In this document: one piece after another, positions 18,701 to 28,582 of the stretch
Position numbering within the stretch: position 1 is the stretch's first letter
Layout: each line of letters begins with the position of its first letter
DNA from: a virus
DNA length: 64,000 bases
Reading direction: 5' to 3' (one strand)
IMG/VR virus record: IMGVR_UViG_3300034198_015644
Location: 1-64,000 of that record
Translations under genes and position numbers: made by a program
The notes under the pieces: model-generated
Seen by the model: the letters and a program-made list of their open reading frames with translations, nothing else
What the model was told of the DNA's origin: nothing
The model's database searches: none

Positions 18701-21373
18701 TTAGAATACCCCACCGTACCAAAAACTCAATTTTATTATCCAACTAAAGGAGATGTTAAAGGTTTTACAAACACATACTTAATGAGTTTAATGGAAAAAA
18801 CTTTTAAAGATTGGGCAAATAGTGATGAATTTGGTTTGATACAACAATTATATGAAAAATTATTAAATACTGAAAATTTAAGTGAAGATGAAAGAAAAAA
18901 CATATGTGATAATTTAACTAAATTATTATTTCAAGAACAGGACTTATTAGTTTATGATTCAGTTTGGATGAGAAAAGGAGATTCATTTAAAGATGAGACA
19001 GTACCACAAACTGAGTTGAGTACATATGTAAAAACTTTTATGGATTCTTACAGGTCAATTTATGCAAAAAATGGTGGTAATAATACTTCAGATAAAAAAT
19101 TACCTGAACCCCCAATCAAAACTGTAGTAAAAGACAAAGATATAAAAGCAGCTTGCTATATTGATTTAAAACAAATTTACGACAATTGGATTGCCGGTAA
19201 CCAAGATTCAAATGTTTACTCTTGTTGTAAAAACATTGATGCACCTAAAACGGCACAAAAGTTAAAACTTTATGACTTATTTAAATTTGTCGATAAATTT
19301 AGAAATACTATTGCAGGAGATGCAATTATTAATATAAATTCGTTTAATGATTTAATTGGTAAAAAAGATAATGGACTTTATTCTTTTATAAGTAAAGTTT
19401 TAACAGACTCTTATTTTATGCACTTTAATCTACCAATATTTTTAGAATTTTCTAAAAAAGAAGAAGTACAAGCAATATTTGAGCCACAACTTACATTTGA
19501 AAAGATGAGAAGTGCACCTAGTTTTTTATGTGTATATAACGGACCTCCATCTACTAATTTACAATCGACTAATAATTTTTCAAACGATAGTTTTAAATTT
19601 AGTGATCCAAACAGACCCAAATCGATATATGACGCAAAAGAAAATGAACAAAATTCTTATTTAGTTGCATTTAATGTCAATTACGGATCACAAGCACAAT
19701 CAATATTTAAAAATATAAGTGTCGGTACTCAAGAAAGTAAAATTACTGGTGAATATATTACTGCATTAAGTAATTACGTGCAGGGTACGGGAGAGTCAAA
19801 ACCACTCTTAAAAGATAATTCAATTTATCCTTTAATGAGGAATAGATCATATACATCTACGGTACAAATGATGGGTGATATGATGATACAACCTCAAATG
19901 TATTTTCAATTAAATAATATTCCTTTCTTTTCGGGATCATATATGATTATGAATGTTTCCCACCAAGTTAAGGCTAATACAATTAATACTACATTTAAAG
20001 GTGTAAGACAAAATAGAAGTCCTGTTAATATTGTTACCGAAGTAACTTCATTCTTGAATTTCCAATTTAATCAAGGAATTTATAGTTCATCTACATTTGG
20101 AGATGTCACAACTACGGTAGATCCTGTAAAACAACAACAAACTGAAGAGGCAAATACGTCAGTAATTAGTGATGCGGCGTTAAAAAATTATGCACCTGTG
20201 TCAGGTACAAAAATTTTAAGACCGTTCATAACTGCTGAGGAATATCATGAAGGTATTGATATTGAGGTAGATTCCATAGAACAAATTTTTACTGTAAACA
20301 AAAAAGGAGTTGTTTTAGCAAATTTTCAAGGAGACGCAAACACCGCAGGAAGATTAATAATTAAACACGACCCTGAAGAAGATGGATATACGTATTTTAC
20401 GGGTTATTTTGGAATAACCGATAATAATTTTTCTGTTGGAGGAAACATTCCCGCTAAAAAAAATATTGGTAATCCTGTAAGTTTTAGTAGTACCACTGTT
20501 AAGGAAAGAACGGTTCAACCTAGCCAACCAAATGCAATAAGACCTAATTATACTTTTGATGTTCAACAGACATTTTATACTAGTAATAATGAATTTTCAG
20601 GTTTTGAAGCAAAAATATATAATAATGGAGAATATATTGGGTATAAAAACTATGATACTCTAGAAGGTTTAACAAATGCAAATACTCCCGTTACTCCAGC
20701 AAGAATTGCACAACAAATAAATGCCATAAAAAACCAATTGACTACAACTGCGGAGATACAAGGTTTTTGTGGTGGATCATTTATTGCTGCTGACAGGAAA
20801 GAAATTGACTTCGGTGCTTATACTAGAGGAACTTGTTACCCTAGTTATACAGAATTTGACAAACAAAAAAATCAACCAGTAAGTCCAGTAACTGAAAAAT
20901 ATACAGAAACAACTATAAAATATTATTATCACTTTGAAATCAGGAGAACAAAGGCAACCATAAACACTTATGAGGAGTATTTAAATTCTAAAGAAATAGA
21001 AACAAAAAATCCTCAACAATTTGCACCAAATTTTGAAGTCGCATTGGAAAAAAGGGCAATACATAATAATGATTTTTATACTCAAACAACTCCAACAGTA
21101 GTATGGCAAGCAGGAGAAGTTGTTTATTCGGGAACGATGTCACCATCAACAGCAAATCCACCAATACCTTGGGACACTGCACAAAGAGGAATCCCACCAC
21201 CAACAGTATATTGGGATGTGATAAAAAGTAAAGTTGAAGGTTATTATTTAGGCACTTACGAAGATATTGATGGAGGAGGAAGTACGTCTTGGACTGATAC
21301 TAGCGCATCCTATGTGAAACAACAAATTTTAGATCATCTATATCGAGATCTAAGTAGTTATCCAAGTATCTAA
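15770..21373 (+). CDS. Large baseplate hub protein (gp27/VgrG-like) with C-terminal M23-peptidase-like domain
   Basis: FGVESIDI...VTIKFID.RG near the N-terminus; YTSTVQMMGDMMIQPQMYFQL..PFFSGSYMIMNVSH...TTFKGVR hub C-terminus; HEGIDIE...HFEIR. Confidence 0.65.
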   Translation: MAQVFDNGSNQYNTGNLDTASFSKKIYFVEPLGSTDKNGNPVSNVVDNKDLVIYVDLKASRRPRTILQINDSNSRGRSVNISDSSINLIGYRINSDGSKTMTTNWSNKPNLDRSKVPGKTTELNSSLSDSVFEGFGVESIDINITAMNPPTVTIKFIDTRGGGLFDQETFNSQTAPINGYDNSTSPYSVFFEMPPPLFYLTIKGYYGHPVTLCLYMTKWDGTFNSETGNFEMTANFLGYTFAFLQDVKIGHLIGAGNTDEGRKKLVKVSSIETEEGLTFPAITLDDLAIKFQRITVKRQEEQKNSEEFQKLKVINEQINFIKKFRSYLGYPTSPNMANTLFGAYLDTAKLKPNREQVFFRDVGLIAKNENTESNYLNLYTVINNGLTAYEELQKGYSSDFFNQAALTKKDITIPEKLDGTQTSRKGIQSAIDEVNKIMLENEPDLKVKATVGSFTAKTQNNWSVDGEFYVLNLKKTRQSLNDKLDSLLEFKKLQEQAIQNKLNREITDILGFQPSISNIIGILCNNIEMFLEMIYDVGVEAQKNNNTSTDNTANNNPRAQELSGYYSDSPDNDFIVYPFPKVVDKDYKEIYLGNIEKLTPGNFPEINFVEKICNGLAYSIKQITEFNQALQSIEKISKLDSFPINTRDVRIDSYSNLDSLPYEKISSYDKATLNREIVLTILKRAFLAYSSSKYRGSAFNKIAELEAINFYKTMVNDTYKNAFNELSDTELIDLGKDPEYGVLGISNTNANNFTIDGFLYPKSFDIDTLGNADSGTRQWDVHLNLKEEINESLKLNPKTDPNNTNSINTSEIDKFTSPKRSTTYIGRFFDSKNVFLNKSYLSVATFRNDNVKNDLLLGTSLDKANLFESYNFLKLLKLDNGAGKDPFGLTNYFYVPRTPQNNILIPLTKTSLYNNTTLNTGKAYLILSSFILETDQLLDDEIGEDYTKIIRVPKIYLLWLGANYYRSVRATDILSFNLEYPTVPKTQFYYPTKGDVKGFTNTYLMSLMEKTFKDWANSDEFGLIQQLYEKLLNTENLSEDERKNICDNLTKLLFQEQDLLVYDSVWMRKGDSFKDETVPQTELSTYVKTFMDSYRSIYAKNGGNNTSDKKLPEPPIKTVVKDKDIKAACYIDLKQIYDNWIAGNQDSNVYSCCKNIDAPKTAQKLKLYDLFKFVDKFRNTIAGDAIININSFNDLIGKKDNGLYSFISKVLTDSYFMHFNLPIFLEFSKKEEVQAIFEPQLTFEKMRSAPSFLCVYNGPPSTNLQSTNNFSNDSFKFSDPNRPKSIYDAKENEQNSYLVAFNVNYGSQAQSIFKNISVGTQESKITGEYITALSNYVQGTGESKPLLKDNSIYPLMRNRSYTSTVQMMGDMMIQPQMYFQLNNIPFFSGSYMIMNVSHQVKANTINTTFKGVRQNRSPVNIVTEVTSFLNFQFNQGIYSSSTFGDVTTTVDPVKQQQTEEANTSVISDAALKNYAPVSGTKILRPFITAEEYHEGIDIEVDSIEQIFTVNKKGVVLANFQGDANTAGRLIIKHDPEEDGYTYFTGYFGITDNNFSVGGNIPAKKNIGNPVSFSSTTVKERTVQPSQPNAIRPNYTFDVQQTFYTSNNEFSGFEAKIYNNGEYIGYKNYDTLEGLTNANTPVTPARIAQQINAIKNQLTTTAEIQGFCGGSFIAADRKEIDFGAYTRGTCYPSYTEFDKQKNQPVSPVTEKYTETTIKYYYHFEIRRTKATINTYEEYLNSKEIETKNPQQFAPNFEVALEKRAIHNNDFYTQTTPTVVWQAGEVVYSGTMSPSTANPPIPWDTAQRGIPPPTVYWDVIKSKVEGYYLGTYEDIDGGGSTSWTDTSASYVKQQILDHLYRDLSSYPSI

Positions 21374-21404
21374 TTGTTAATTAAATTTTTTTTTAGTAAA
21401 TTTG
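21374..21404 (+). promoter_or_regulatory. Host-type (Bacteroidota-like) promoter
   Basis: TTGTTA-N17-TAAATTTG (TAnnTTTG) directly before ATG 21409. Confidence 0.5.
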
Positions 21405-21408
21405 TTTT

Positions 21409-21969
21409 ATGTTAAAAAAATTAGATAATATATCAAATATAGATAAACCGTTACTAATAACAGGTTGGTCTAAAGTTAAGACTTTATACCCAAATCAAAA
21501 AATTAATAATAAACAAATAAGTGATAATATTTTTTGGACTTTTTCAGAAAAAGAAAAAAGGACAGAAAATGAGAATGATATTAAAAAATTTAAAAAATAC
21601 TGTATTGATTACATTAGTTCTAAGTACAAATATTATTTTTTAAATCCATTTGAACTTAATTTTTGGAATGTTAAAAAATTAATTACAAAGATAAATAGTG
21701 TTAAAGGTGATAAATATTATTATTTTGATGGTAAACATTTTTTTATTCTTATTGAAAATTATGTTTTTGGTCTCAATTTAGACTTTTTAGTATATGGTAA
21801 AATTTCCGCAAATAAGATCAAAAACTGGTTAAAACTCAAAAATTTTAAAATTATTGAAGATTCTCCGATATTTAATATAAAAGAGATGAATAATAAAAAA
21901 AATTTAATACCTATTTTGGGAAAAGATAAACATGAAGAACAACTTATTATTGGTTACATTTTTGAATAG
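21409..21969 (+). CDS. Hypothetical protein
   Basis: 186-aa ORF; PLLITGWSKVK.LYP...IFWTFSEKEKR. Confidence 0.7.
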   Translation: MLKKLDNISNIDKPLLITGWSKVKTLYPNQKINNKQISDNIFWTFSEKEKRTENENDIKKFKKYCIDYISSKYKYYFLNPFELNFWNVKKLITKINSVKGDKYYYFDGKHFFILIENYVFGLNLDFLVYGKISANKIKNWLKLKNFKIIEDSPIFNIKEMNNKKNLIPILGKDKHEEQLIIGYIFE

Positions 21970-22342
21970 TAACACTTTGGAAAGCTTTTTAAGATTTTTA
22001 TATAAAAAATTTGGAATTAAAAAACGCAGTGTTTTTGCGTTTAAATCATTAAATGATGAGGATAAAATTTTTGCCACATTTAAAGTTTTTTTAAATGAAG
22101 AAGAAAAATTAGATTTAAAATCAGTTTTTAGAAATACATCATTAATACATAAAAAAGGTTCTACTTTTTATACAATAAACGCTTTGAATAAATTAATTGA
22201 AAAAGAATACAATTTAGAACCTGGTAATATAAATTATAAGGATTTTTCGATTCAATGGGAAAATTACGAAAATACCTTTTTATTAATACAAAATGATGAA
22301 TTGGTCATTAAACCTGTGGAAAAACTTTTATTAGAATCCTAA
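21932..22342 (+). CDS. Hypothetical protein
   Basis: 136-aa ORF; LIHKKGSTFYTINALNKLI...IQWENYENTFLL. Confidence 0.75.
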   Translation: MKNNLLLVTFLNSNTLESFLRFLYKKFGIKKRSVFAFKSLNDEDKIFATFKVFLNEEEKLDLKSVFRNTSLIHKKGSTFYTINALNKLIEKEYNLEPGNINYKDFSIQWENYENTFLLIQNDELVIKPVEKLLLES

Positions 22343-22365
22343 TATTTATATATAAAGAAATCAAT

Positions 22366-22551
22366 ATGGAAAATATAAAAAATTCACAAAATCCTGAAGA
22401 TTTAAAGAAAAAATTAAATGATTTTATTGGAAATACCAATAAAAACGAAGAATGTCAAGGAGAAGAATGTTTTATTAAACAACCTCAAGACGTTATTGAG
22501 AGAGTTGAAAAAAAATATATAACAAACGATGGTAGACAATTATTAATATAA
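22366..22551 (+). CDS. Small hypothetical protein
   Basis: 61 aa ending IERVEKKYITNDGRQLLI; late motif at 22343. Confidence 0.7.
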   Translation: MENIKNSQNPEDLKKKLNDFIGNTNKNEECQGEECFIKQPQDVIERVEKKYITNDGRQLLI

Positions 22552-22552
22552 G

Positions 22553-23224
22553 GTGGAAAAGAATAGACTAGCAGAAACATTAAAAAAGCACCAAATGTTG
22601 GTGGAGTATAATTTTTATATACCTAAGGGAATGGATGAACAGGATGTCCCTCCTGCAGATCCTGGGGCAGCTCCTGCTGATCCCGGTGCTGCACCAACAG
22701 ACGCAGTAACACCACCTGCAGATCCTACTGCAGCTCCTGCTACACCTGAACCTACTCCAGACGTACCTGCGGCGGGTATTGAAACTACTGAACCGGCACC
22801 AAATGCGGAAGGAGAGGTAGAATTAGATATTACAGATTTAGTAAATTCTACTAAAGATACTAAAGAAAAGATAGAGGGTACTAATGAACTTTTGAATAGT
22901 TTAATGGCTAAGTTTGATGAATTTGAGAGTAAAATATCTTCATTCGATCAAATTTTAAATAAAATAGATTCTTTAGAAAAAGATTTTGATAAGAGAATGC
23001 CAACGCCAGTTGAAAAATTGGAAATGAGATCTATGGATTCTTTTCCATATAGTGTAAAATTGACTGATTTTTGGAATGATGAGACAGAGAATATTGAAAA
23101 TGAAGAAGGTAAAGAAGATGGATATAGTTTGACACCTGAAGATGTAAAAAAAGATTATAGCCCTTCCGATATAAAAACTTCATTTGATATACAAAAGTCT
23201 GAAGACCAAAGTTTTAATAATTAA
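22553..23224 (+). CDS. Acidic Pro/Ala-rich coiled-coil protein (candidate head scaffold/internal protein)
   Basis: GTG start; MDEQ followed by PPADPGAAPADPGAAP repeats, EVELDITDLV, coiled coil, PTPVEKLEMRSMDSFPY. Confidence 0.65.
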   Translation: MEKNRLAETLKKHQMLVEYNFYIPKGMDEQDVPPADPGAAPADPGAAPTDAVTPPADPTAAPATPEPTPDVPAAGIETTEPAPNAEGEVELDITDLVNSTKDTKEKIEGTNELLNSLMAKFDEFESKISSFDQILNKIDSLEKDFDKRMPTPVEKLEMRSMDSFPYSVKLTDFWNDETENIENEEGKEDGYSLTPEDVKKDYSPSDIKTSFDIQKSEDQSFNN

Positions 23225-23251
23225 TTTTTATATTAAAAAATAGAAAAAATT

Positions 23252-23275
23252 AAGACGGCAAATGCCGTCTTTTTT
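23252..23275 (+). terminator. Rho-independent terminator
   Basis: AAGACGGCA-AA-TGCCGTCTTTTTT. Confidence 0.85.
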
Positions 23276-23291
23276 ATTTTTAGACCACCTA

Positions 23292-23322
23292 TTTACTTGT
23301 ATTATTTTTTTTCCTATCTTTG
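23292..23322 (+). promoter_or_regulatory. Host-type early/middle promoter of the replication block
   Basis: TTTACT-N17-TATCTTTG; the 3' element matches the Bacteroidota -7 consensus TAnnTTTG. Confidence 0.6.
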
Positions 23323-23350
23323 TAACATAAACATTTAAAACTAAAAAAAT

Positions 23351-24304
23351 ATGAATAAAGAAAATTCAAAAACATCGGTTCTTGATAGTATCATGAATCA
23401 GTATGAAAAGAACAAAACTTTTGGTAGTTCTGAGTATGAAAAAGTAGATCTCACTAAGTATTTTTCCGACAAACTACAACAGGGACAAAATTCTGATGAA
23501 AAAACTATTAGAATTTTACCTAATAAAGATGGTGGAAGTCCATTTGTTGAGGCGTATTGGCACGAAATGCAAGTAGATGGAAAGTGGAATAAAATTTATT
23601 GTAATAGTTATAATGATGACGAAAGATGTCCACTTTGTGAAGTTGAAGAAGCACTTCGTTTGACAGGTAACGATGAGGACAAGAAACTTGCGAGAACATA
23701 TAAACCTAAAAAGTTTTATGTCGTAAAAGTCATTGATCGTGAAAAAGAATCTGAAGGTATTAAATTTTATCGTTTCAAACATAATTACAGTAATGATGGT
23801 GTTATGGATAAATTAGTACCTATCTTTAAGAAACGTGGTGATATTACAGATCCTCGCGAAGGTAGAGACATTACCATGACTATTGGTCGCGATCAAAATA
23901 AGAATAGTAAGGTTACTTCTATTCAGGCAGAAGATCCTTCAATGTTGACTGAAGATAAAGATAAGGCAAAAATTTGGTATAATGATACTTCGACTTGGAA
24001 AGATGTATATCGTCCAAAAGACATGAATTATTTAGAAATTGTCGCTAAACAACAAAAACCTGTTTGGGATAAAGAACAGAAAAAATTTGTTAGCGAAGAT
24101 GAATATAAAAATCGTGAGTCGGTAACTTTGGATGATGAAATTCGAATTTCTAAAGACGAACTTTCAAAGAAAAAATCTGAACCTAAAACTGAAAGTAAGT
24201 CTAAAGAAAAATTTAAATTGAAAACTTATGAGGCGGAGGAAGAAGAAACAACTTCAGAGTCTAATAATAGTTCATCAGATGATGGAGATGATTTTCCTTT
24301 CTAA
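23351..24304 (+). CDS. Single-stranded DNA-binding protein (T4 gp32-like)
   Basis: IRILP...PFVEAYWH...YC...CPLCE Zn ligands, ITDPREGRDI, acidic tail ending DDGDDFPF. Confidence 0.88.
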   Translation: MNKENSKTSVLDSIMNQYEKNKTFGSSEYEKVDLTKYFSDKLQQGQNSDEKTIRILPNKDGGSPFVEAYWHEMQVDGKWNKIYCNSYNDDERCPLCEVEEALRLTGNDEDKKLARTYKPKKFYVVKVIDREKESEGIKFYRFKHNYSNDGVMDKLVPIFKKRGDITDPREGRDITMTIGRDQNKNSKVTSIQAEDPSMLTEDKDKAKIWYNDTSTWKDVYRPKDMNYLEIVAKQQKPVWDKEQKKFVSEDEYKNRESVTLDDEIRISKDELSKKKSEPKTESKSKEKFKLKTYEAEEEETTSESNNSSSDDGDDFPF

Positions 24305-24315
24305 AAAATAAATTT

Positions 24316-24453
24316 ATGTGTTCTTGTAAAAATCACAGAAAAAATTTAACCACAAAAAAAATTGAGGTTAAAAAAATTGAAACAGTAAAATATAAAACTG
24401 TTTTAGTAGATAAAAAAGTAAAAAAACTTGCTTTAGAATATTTAGAAAATTAA
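24316..24453 (+). CDS. Small basic protein (45 aa) with N-terminal CxC, not in the ORF track
   Basis: MCSCKNHRKNLTTKKIEVKKIETVKYKTVLVDKKVKKLALEYLEN fills the gap between the SSB and RecA genes. Confidence 0.55.
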   Translation: MCSCKNHRKNLTTKKIEVKKIETVKYKTVLVDKKVKKLALEYLEN

Positions 24454-24457
24454 TATT

Positions 24458-25561
24458 ATGGCGACTAAAACTCCCCCTAAAAAAGGGGCAACAATAAAAA
24501 AACAAGAATTTGATTTAACAAGTTTTAAAACAAATTCAGGTTTACAAAGTAATGTAAAAGATAAAGATCTTGAGTGGATTCCACTTGGTGAAGCTTTTTC
24601 TGATATTACTAAATGTGGAATTGCCAAAGGTTACGTAACTCTTCTGAGGGGTTACAGTAACACTGGCAAATCTACAGGAATGTATGAAGGTATTGCATCT
24701 TGTCAAAAGTTAGGAATTCTACCTGTAATTATTGACACCGAAGGTAACTTTAATTGGGAATACGCGCGTAATGTTGGTGTAGAATTTAATGAAGTTGTCA
24801 ATGATTCGGGTGAAATTATAAACTATGATGGATTCTTTATCTTTATGAATACCGATTTGATTGAACAAAAGTATGGTAAATATAAACACGATGAAGGTAA
24901 GTACGGATCTACGTCTCGTGGCGAAGGTTGTATCGAAGACATATCAATGTTTATAAATGAACTTCTCGACCAACAAATGGAAGAAAAACTTCCTTACGAA
25001 TTATGTTTCTTTTGGGATTCAATAGGATCGATTGATTGTTATAAATCAATAGTATCAAAGAGTAGAAATAATATGTGGAATGCTAACTCTCTTGAAGTAT
25101 CATTCAAATCTATTCTTAATAACAGAATCCCTAATTCAAGAAAAGAAGGTAAGAAATATACTAACACTTTTGTAGGTGTACAAAAAATTTGGTATGACGG
25201 TATGAATAACGTTGTTCGTCATAAAGGTGGTGAAGCGTTTTTCTACGGGGCAAGAATGATTTTCCATTACGGTGGAATCATTGCTCACGGTACATCAAAA
25301 CTTACTGCAACTCTTGAAGGTCGTAATTATAATTTTGGTACGGAAACAAAATTGGGTTGTGTTAAGAATCAGGTTAATGGTCTGACATTGGAAGGAAAAA
25401 TTTGTTCTACACCACATGGATATTGGTTACCTGATAAGATTGATCAATATAAGAAACAGAATAAAGATTATCTGTTGAATAAATTAGGTTTAGATGGTGG
25501 AGAAATCTCTATTAAAAAAGAAGAAGTTTCTACTGTAGATGATATGTTTAGTGAGGATTAA
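24458..25561 (+). CDS. uvsX: RecA/UvsX-like recombinase
   Basis: Walker A GYSNTGKS, IIDTE, Walker B FFWDSIGS, GGEAFFY, VKNQV. Confidence 0.88.
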   Translation: MATKTPPKKGATIKKQEFDLTSFKTNSGLQSNVKDKDLEWIPLGEAFSDITKCGIAKGYVTLLRGYSNTGKSTGMYEGIASCQKLGILPVIIDTEGNFNWEYARNVGVEFNEVVNDSGEIINYDGFFIFMNTDLIEQKYGKYKHDEGKYGSTSRGEGCIEDISMFINELLDQQMEEKLPYELCFFWDSIGSIDCYKSIVSKSRNNMWNANSLEVSFKSILNNRIPNSRKEGKKYTNTFVGVQKIWYDGMNNVVRHKGGEAFFYGARMIFHYGGIIAHGTSKLTATLEGRNYNFGTETKLGCVKNQVNGLTLEGKICSTPHGYWLPDKIDQYKKQNKDYLLNKLGLDGGEISIKKEEVSTVDDMFSED

Positions 25562-25583
25562 TTTTTTAGTTAGTTGATTAGAG

Positions 25584-25613
25584 ACCCGTAGCTTTACTGT
25601 TACGGGTTTTTTT
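25584..25613 (+). terminator. Rho-independent terminator
   Basis: ACCCGTAGC-TTTACT-GTTACGGGT-TTTTTT. Confidence 0.75.
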
Positions 25614-25627
25614 GTTATCTTTAATAT

Positions 25628-26659
25628 ATGGGACAAATACCACCAAGACATAAAAAAACTATTTATAAACTTACTTGTATTGTTGATGGTAATGCATTAT
25701 TAAAAGTAGCTTATCATGGGGCTCACGACCTTTATAACAGTCGCGGAGAACATATAGGTGGATTATTTCAATTTATGTCTATTTTAAGGAAGATCGTAAA
25801 AGAAAATGACGTTAAACAAATCATTGTTTTTTGGGACGGAAAATTAAGTGGTAAATTAAGACATAATATTTATCCCGAATATAAACAAAATAGGAAAAAA
25901 AATTATAGAGAAGATTTTGAAAAAATAGATGCCGAATTAGAATATCAAAAAATTCGTATTAAACAATATCTTGAAGAACTGTCAATTAAACAATTTGAGG
26001 ATGAAATTGTGGAGGCAGATGATTGTGTTGCATATTATGTTTTAAATCGTGAAAAAGATGAAAAAATTTTAATATGTACAGGAGATAGAGATCTTTGTCA
26101 ACTAATGGATGAACACGTTTCAGTTTATTTATTTGATAGAAAAAGAATTTATACTATTGACAACTATGATGAATATTTTAACTATCACATTAGAAATTTA
26201 AAATTAATAAAAATTATAGTTGGAGACACTAGTGACAATATTAAGGGTATTGATGGAATTGGAGAAGATACACTTTTGAAATTATTTCCAGAATTAAAAG
26301 AAAAGGAATGTACTTTGTATGAGATAATTGAAAAGGCAAAAATTTTACAAGAAGGTAAAAAAAATAAATCTAAAAGATTACAAAATATTATTGAAGGTAA
26401 TACTGTTGGAGTTCAAGGAAATATGGTTTATGAAATTAATGATAAATTAATAAATTTATCCGCTCCTTTACTAAGTGAAAAATGTTTAGTAAATTTAACA
26501 ACATTCATTGAAACACCATTAGATCCTGAAGGTAGAGAAATAAAAAATCTTCTGAATATGATGATGGACGATGAGTTTCTAAAAGAAATACCAGGAAATT
26601 CAGAATCATTTATAGAATATTTAAGACCATTTTTAAGATTAAAAAATATTAACAATTAA
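25628..26659 (+). CDS. 5'-3' exonuclease / flap endonuclease (T4 RNase H-like)
   Basis: IVDGN, VFWDG, R..IYPEYKQNR, EADD, TGDRDLCQL, GDTSDNIKGIDGIGE (H3TH). Confidence 0.92.
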   Translation: MGQIPPRHKKTIYKLTCIVDGNALLKVAYHGAHDLYNSRGEHIGGLFQFMSILRKIVKENDVKQIIVFWDGKLSGKLRHNIYPEYKQNRKKNYREDFEKIDAELEYQKIRIKQYLEELSIKQFEDEIVEADDCVAYYVLNREKDEKILICTGDRDLCQLMDEHVSVYLFDRKRIYTIDNYDEYFNYHIRNLKLIKIIVGDTSDNIKGIDGIGEDTLLKLFPELKEKECTLYEIIEKAKILQEGKKNKSKRLQNIIEGNTVGVQGNMVYEINDKLINLSAPLLSEKCLVNLTTFIETPLDPEGREIKNLLNMMMDDEFLKEIPGNSESFIEYLRPFLRLKNINN

Positions 26660-26670
26660 AAAAACAAATT

Positions 26671-27123
26671 ATGAAAAAGATTGAAAAAACTCCTTATGAA
26701 TTTTATTTGTACATTAACAACAACATCGTTTGTCAAAGATTCTTTCAGTTGAAAGGATATAACGATAAAGTTTTAAAGTCGATAGAATTAAAAGAGTTAA
26801 TTGATGATGTTGTCGAGATAGTTCAAAGAGATTTAATGAATAAAACTAGAGATTATTTGTATTCTCATTACAATCCGTTTGAACCACAAGATCCTGAGAC
26901 CAGCCAAAGAATTAATATTTACGAAAATGAGGATGTGTTTGATGTAGAAGTCAGAATTTATGACAAAATTGTCGCAAAAAAAAGGTTTACTGGTAATGTT
27001 TACCCCCCAAAAGTAAGATACTCGGTGAATATCAAGGAGTTAATTCCTGAAATTATTTCGACAATTCAGGAAAAATTGTCACAAAAAAAATATTCGCAAA
27101 CCTACGCCGGTATTGAACTTTAA
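26671..27123 (+). CDS. Hypothetical protein of the replication block
   Basis: 150 aa; NNNIVCQRFF...YPPKVRYSVNI. Confidence 0.75.
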   Translation: MKKIEKTPYEFYLYINNNIVCQRFFQLKGYNDKVLKSIELKELIDDVVEIVQRDLMNKTRDYLYSHYNPFEPQDPETSQRINIYENEDVFDVEVRIYDKIVAKKRFTGNVYPPKVRYSVNIKELIPEIISTIQEKLSQKKYSQTYAGIEL

Positions 27124-27156
27124 TAGTATTTATCATTTACTAACAGTATTTTTCTT

Positions 27157-28560
27157 ATGTCAAAAAGTAGAGCAAATTTAGGGTATTTGGGTCATAGCTT
27201 TCAAATACAATTATTAAATCAATTAATTGTTGACGAAAAGTTTGCCATGTCAATTATTGATATATTAGACCCTACCTATTTTGATAGTGAGTATTTGAGA
27301 TTAATTTCTGCGGAAATAAAAGATTATCATGAGAAGTATCAAACAATTCCTTTAATATCTACAATTGAACAAATTGTTAGTCAAAAGATTACAAAAGAAA
27401 TTACTAAAGAATATGTAGTTGAAAGTTTACAGGAAATTAAAAATACTGATCAAAAAGATTGTTTATTTATACAGGATACTGCTATAAAATTTTGTAAACA
27501 ACAAGAATTAAAAAAGGCAAATAAAAAAATTGAGAAAATTTTAGAGAGTGGTGATTTTGAGAAATACGACGAATGTGTAGAAATAATGAAAAAGGCGGTA
27601 TCTGTTGGAGAACATAAAGATACTGGTATAAATTTATTCGACAATATTTTGGATGTTTTGTCTGATGATTTTAGAAGCCCTATTCCAACAGGAATTAAAG
27701 GATTAGATAATTTAATGGAAGGTGGACTATCTAAAGGAGAATTGGGGGTTATATTGGCACCATTTGGTGTAGGTAAAACAACTTTAATTACAAGATTCGC
27801 ACATACTGCATGGGAATTAGGATATAACGTAGTACAAATATTTTTTGAGGATAATCCTAAAGTTATACAAAAGAAACACACGACATGTATGACAGGAATT
27901 GCATTGAATGATTTAAATGCAAATGCTTCGGAGGTTGAGGAACTAATTAATAAAAAACAAGGCGAAAGATCGAATCATCTAATTTTAAAAAAGTTCCAAA
28001 GTGCAAATACGACTATGCAACAAATAGAACAGTATCTTAGAAAGTTAATTTCTGATGGTATTCGTCCCGATATTGTTCTTTTAGATTATATTGATTGTGT
28101 AGTTTCTAATAGACAATATAAAGATGAGTATGCGGGTGAAGGTGATATTATGAGATCTTTTGAAACTATAATATCCGAATTAAACGTTGTCGGTTGGACG
28201 GCAGTGCAGGGAAATAGATCATCGATCGGTGCGGATATAGTTGATTCTAATATGATTGGGGGATCAATTAAGAAAGGTCAGATTGGACATTTTATTTTGT
28301 CGGTCGCAAGGACAATAGCACAAAAAGAAGATAACTTAGCAACAATGGCGATATTAAAATCTAGGTTTGGTAAAGACGGAGTAGTATTTGAGGATATTCG
28401 TTTTGACAATGGATTGTTACACATAGACACTACTGAGACATCAACTACTTCCATTCTTCAAATGGGTAAATTTAAAGATAAGTCTAATCAAGATAGAGTC
28501 ACCAACGCATTGGATAAAGTAAATAAGGCAAAGAATAGTTTAAAAAATAAAATACAATAA
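27157..28560 (+). CDS. Replicative DNA helicase (DnaB / T4 gp41-like)
   Basis: IPTGIKGLD..MEGGL.KGELGVILAPFGVGKT Walker A, LLDYID Walker B, WTAVQGNR, KSRFG. Confidence 0.93.
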   Translation: MSKSRANLGYLGHSFQIQLLNQLIVDEKFAMSIIDILDPTYFDSEYLRLISAEIKDYHEKYQTIPLISTIEQIVSQKITKEITKEYVVESLQEIKNTDQKDCLFIQDTAIKFCKQQELKKANKKIEKILESGDFEKYDECVEIMKKAVSVGEHKDTGINLFDNILDVLSDDFRSPIPTGIKGLDNLMEGGLSKGELGVILAPFGVGKTTLITRFAHTAWELGYNVVQIFFEDNPKVIQKKHTTCMTGIALNDLNANASEVEELINKKQGERSNHLILKKFQSANTTMQQIEQYLRKLISDGIRPDIVLLDYIDCVVSNRQYKDEYAGEGDIMRSFETIISELNVVGWTAVQGNRSSIGADIVDSNMIGGSIKKGQIGHFILSVARTIAQKEDNLATMAILKSRFGKDGVVFEDIRFDNGLLHIDTTETSTTSILQMGKFKDKSNQDRVTNALDKVNKAKNSLKNKIQ

Positions 28561-28582
28561 ATAAATAAAGAATTAAAAAATT

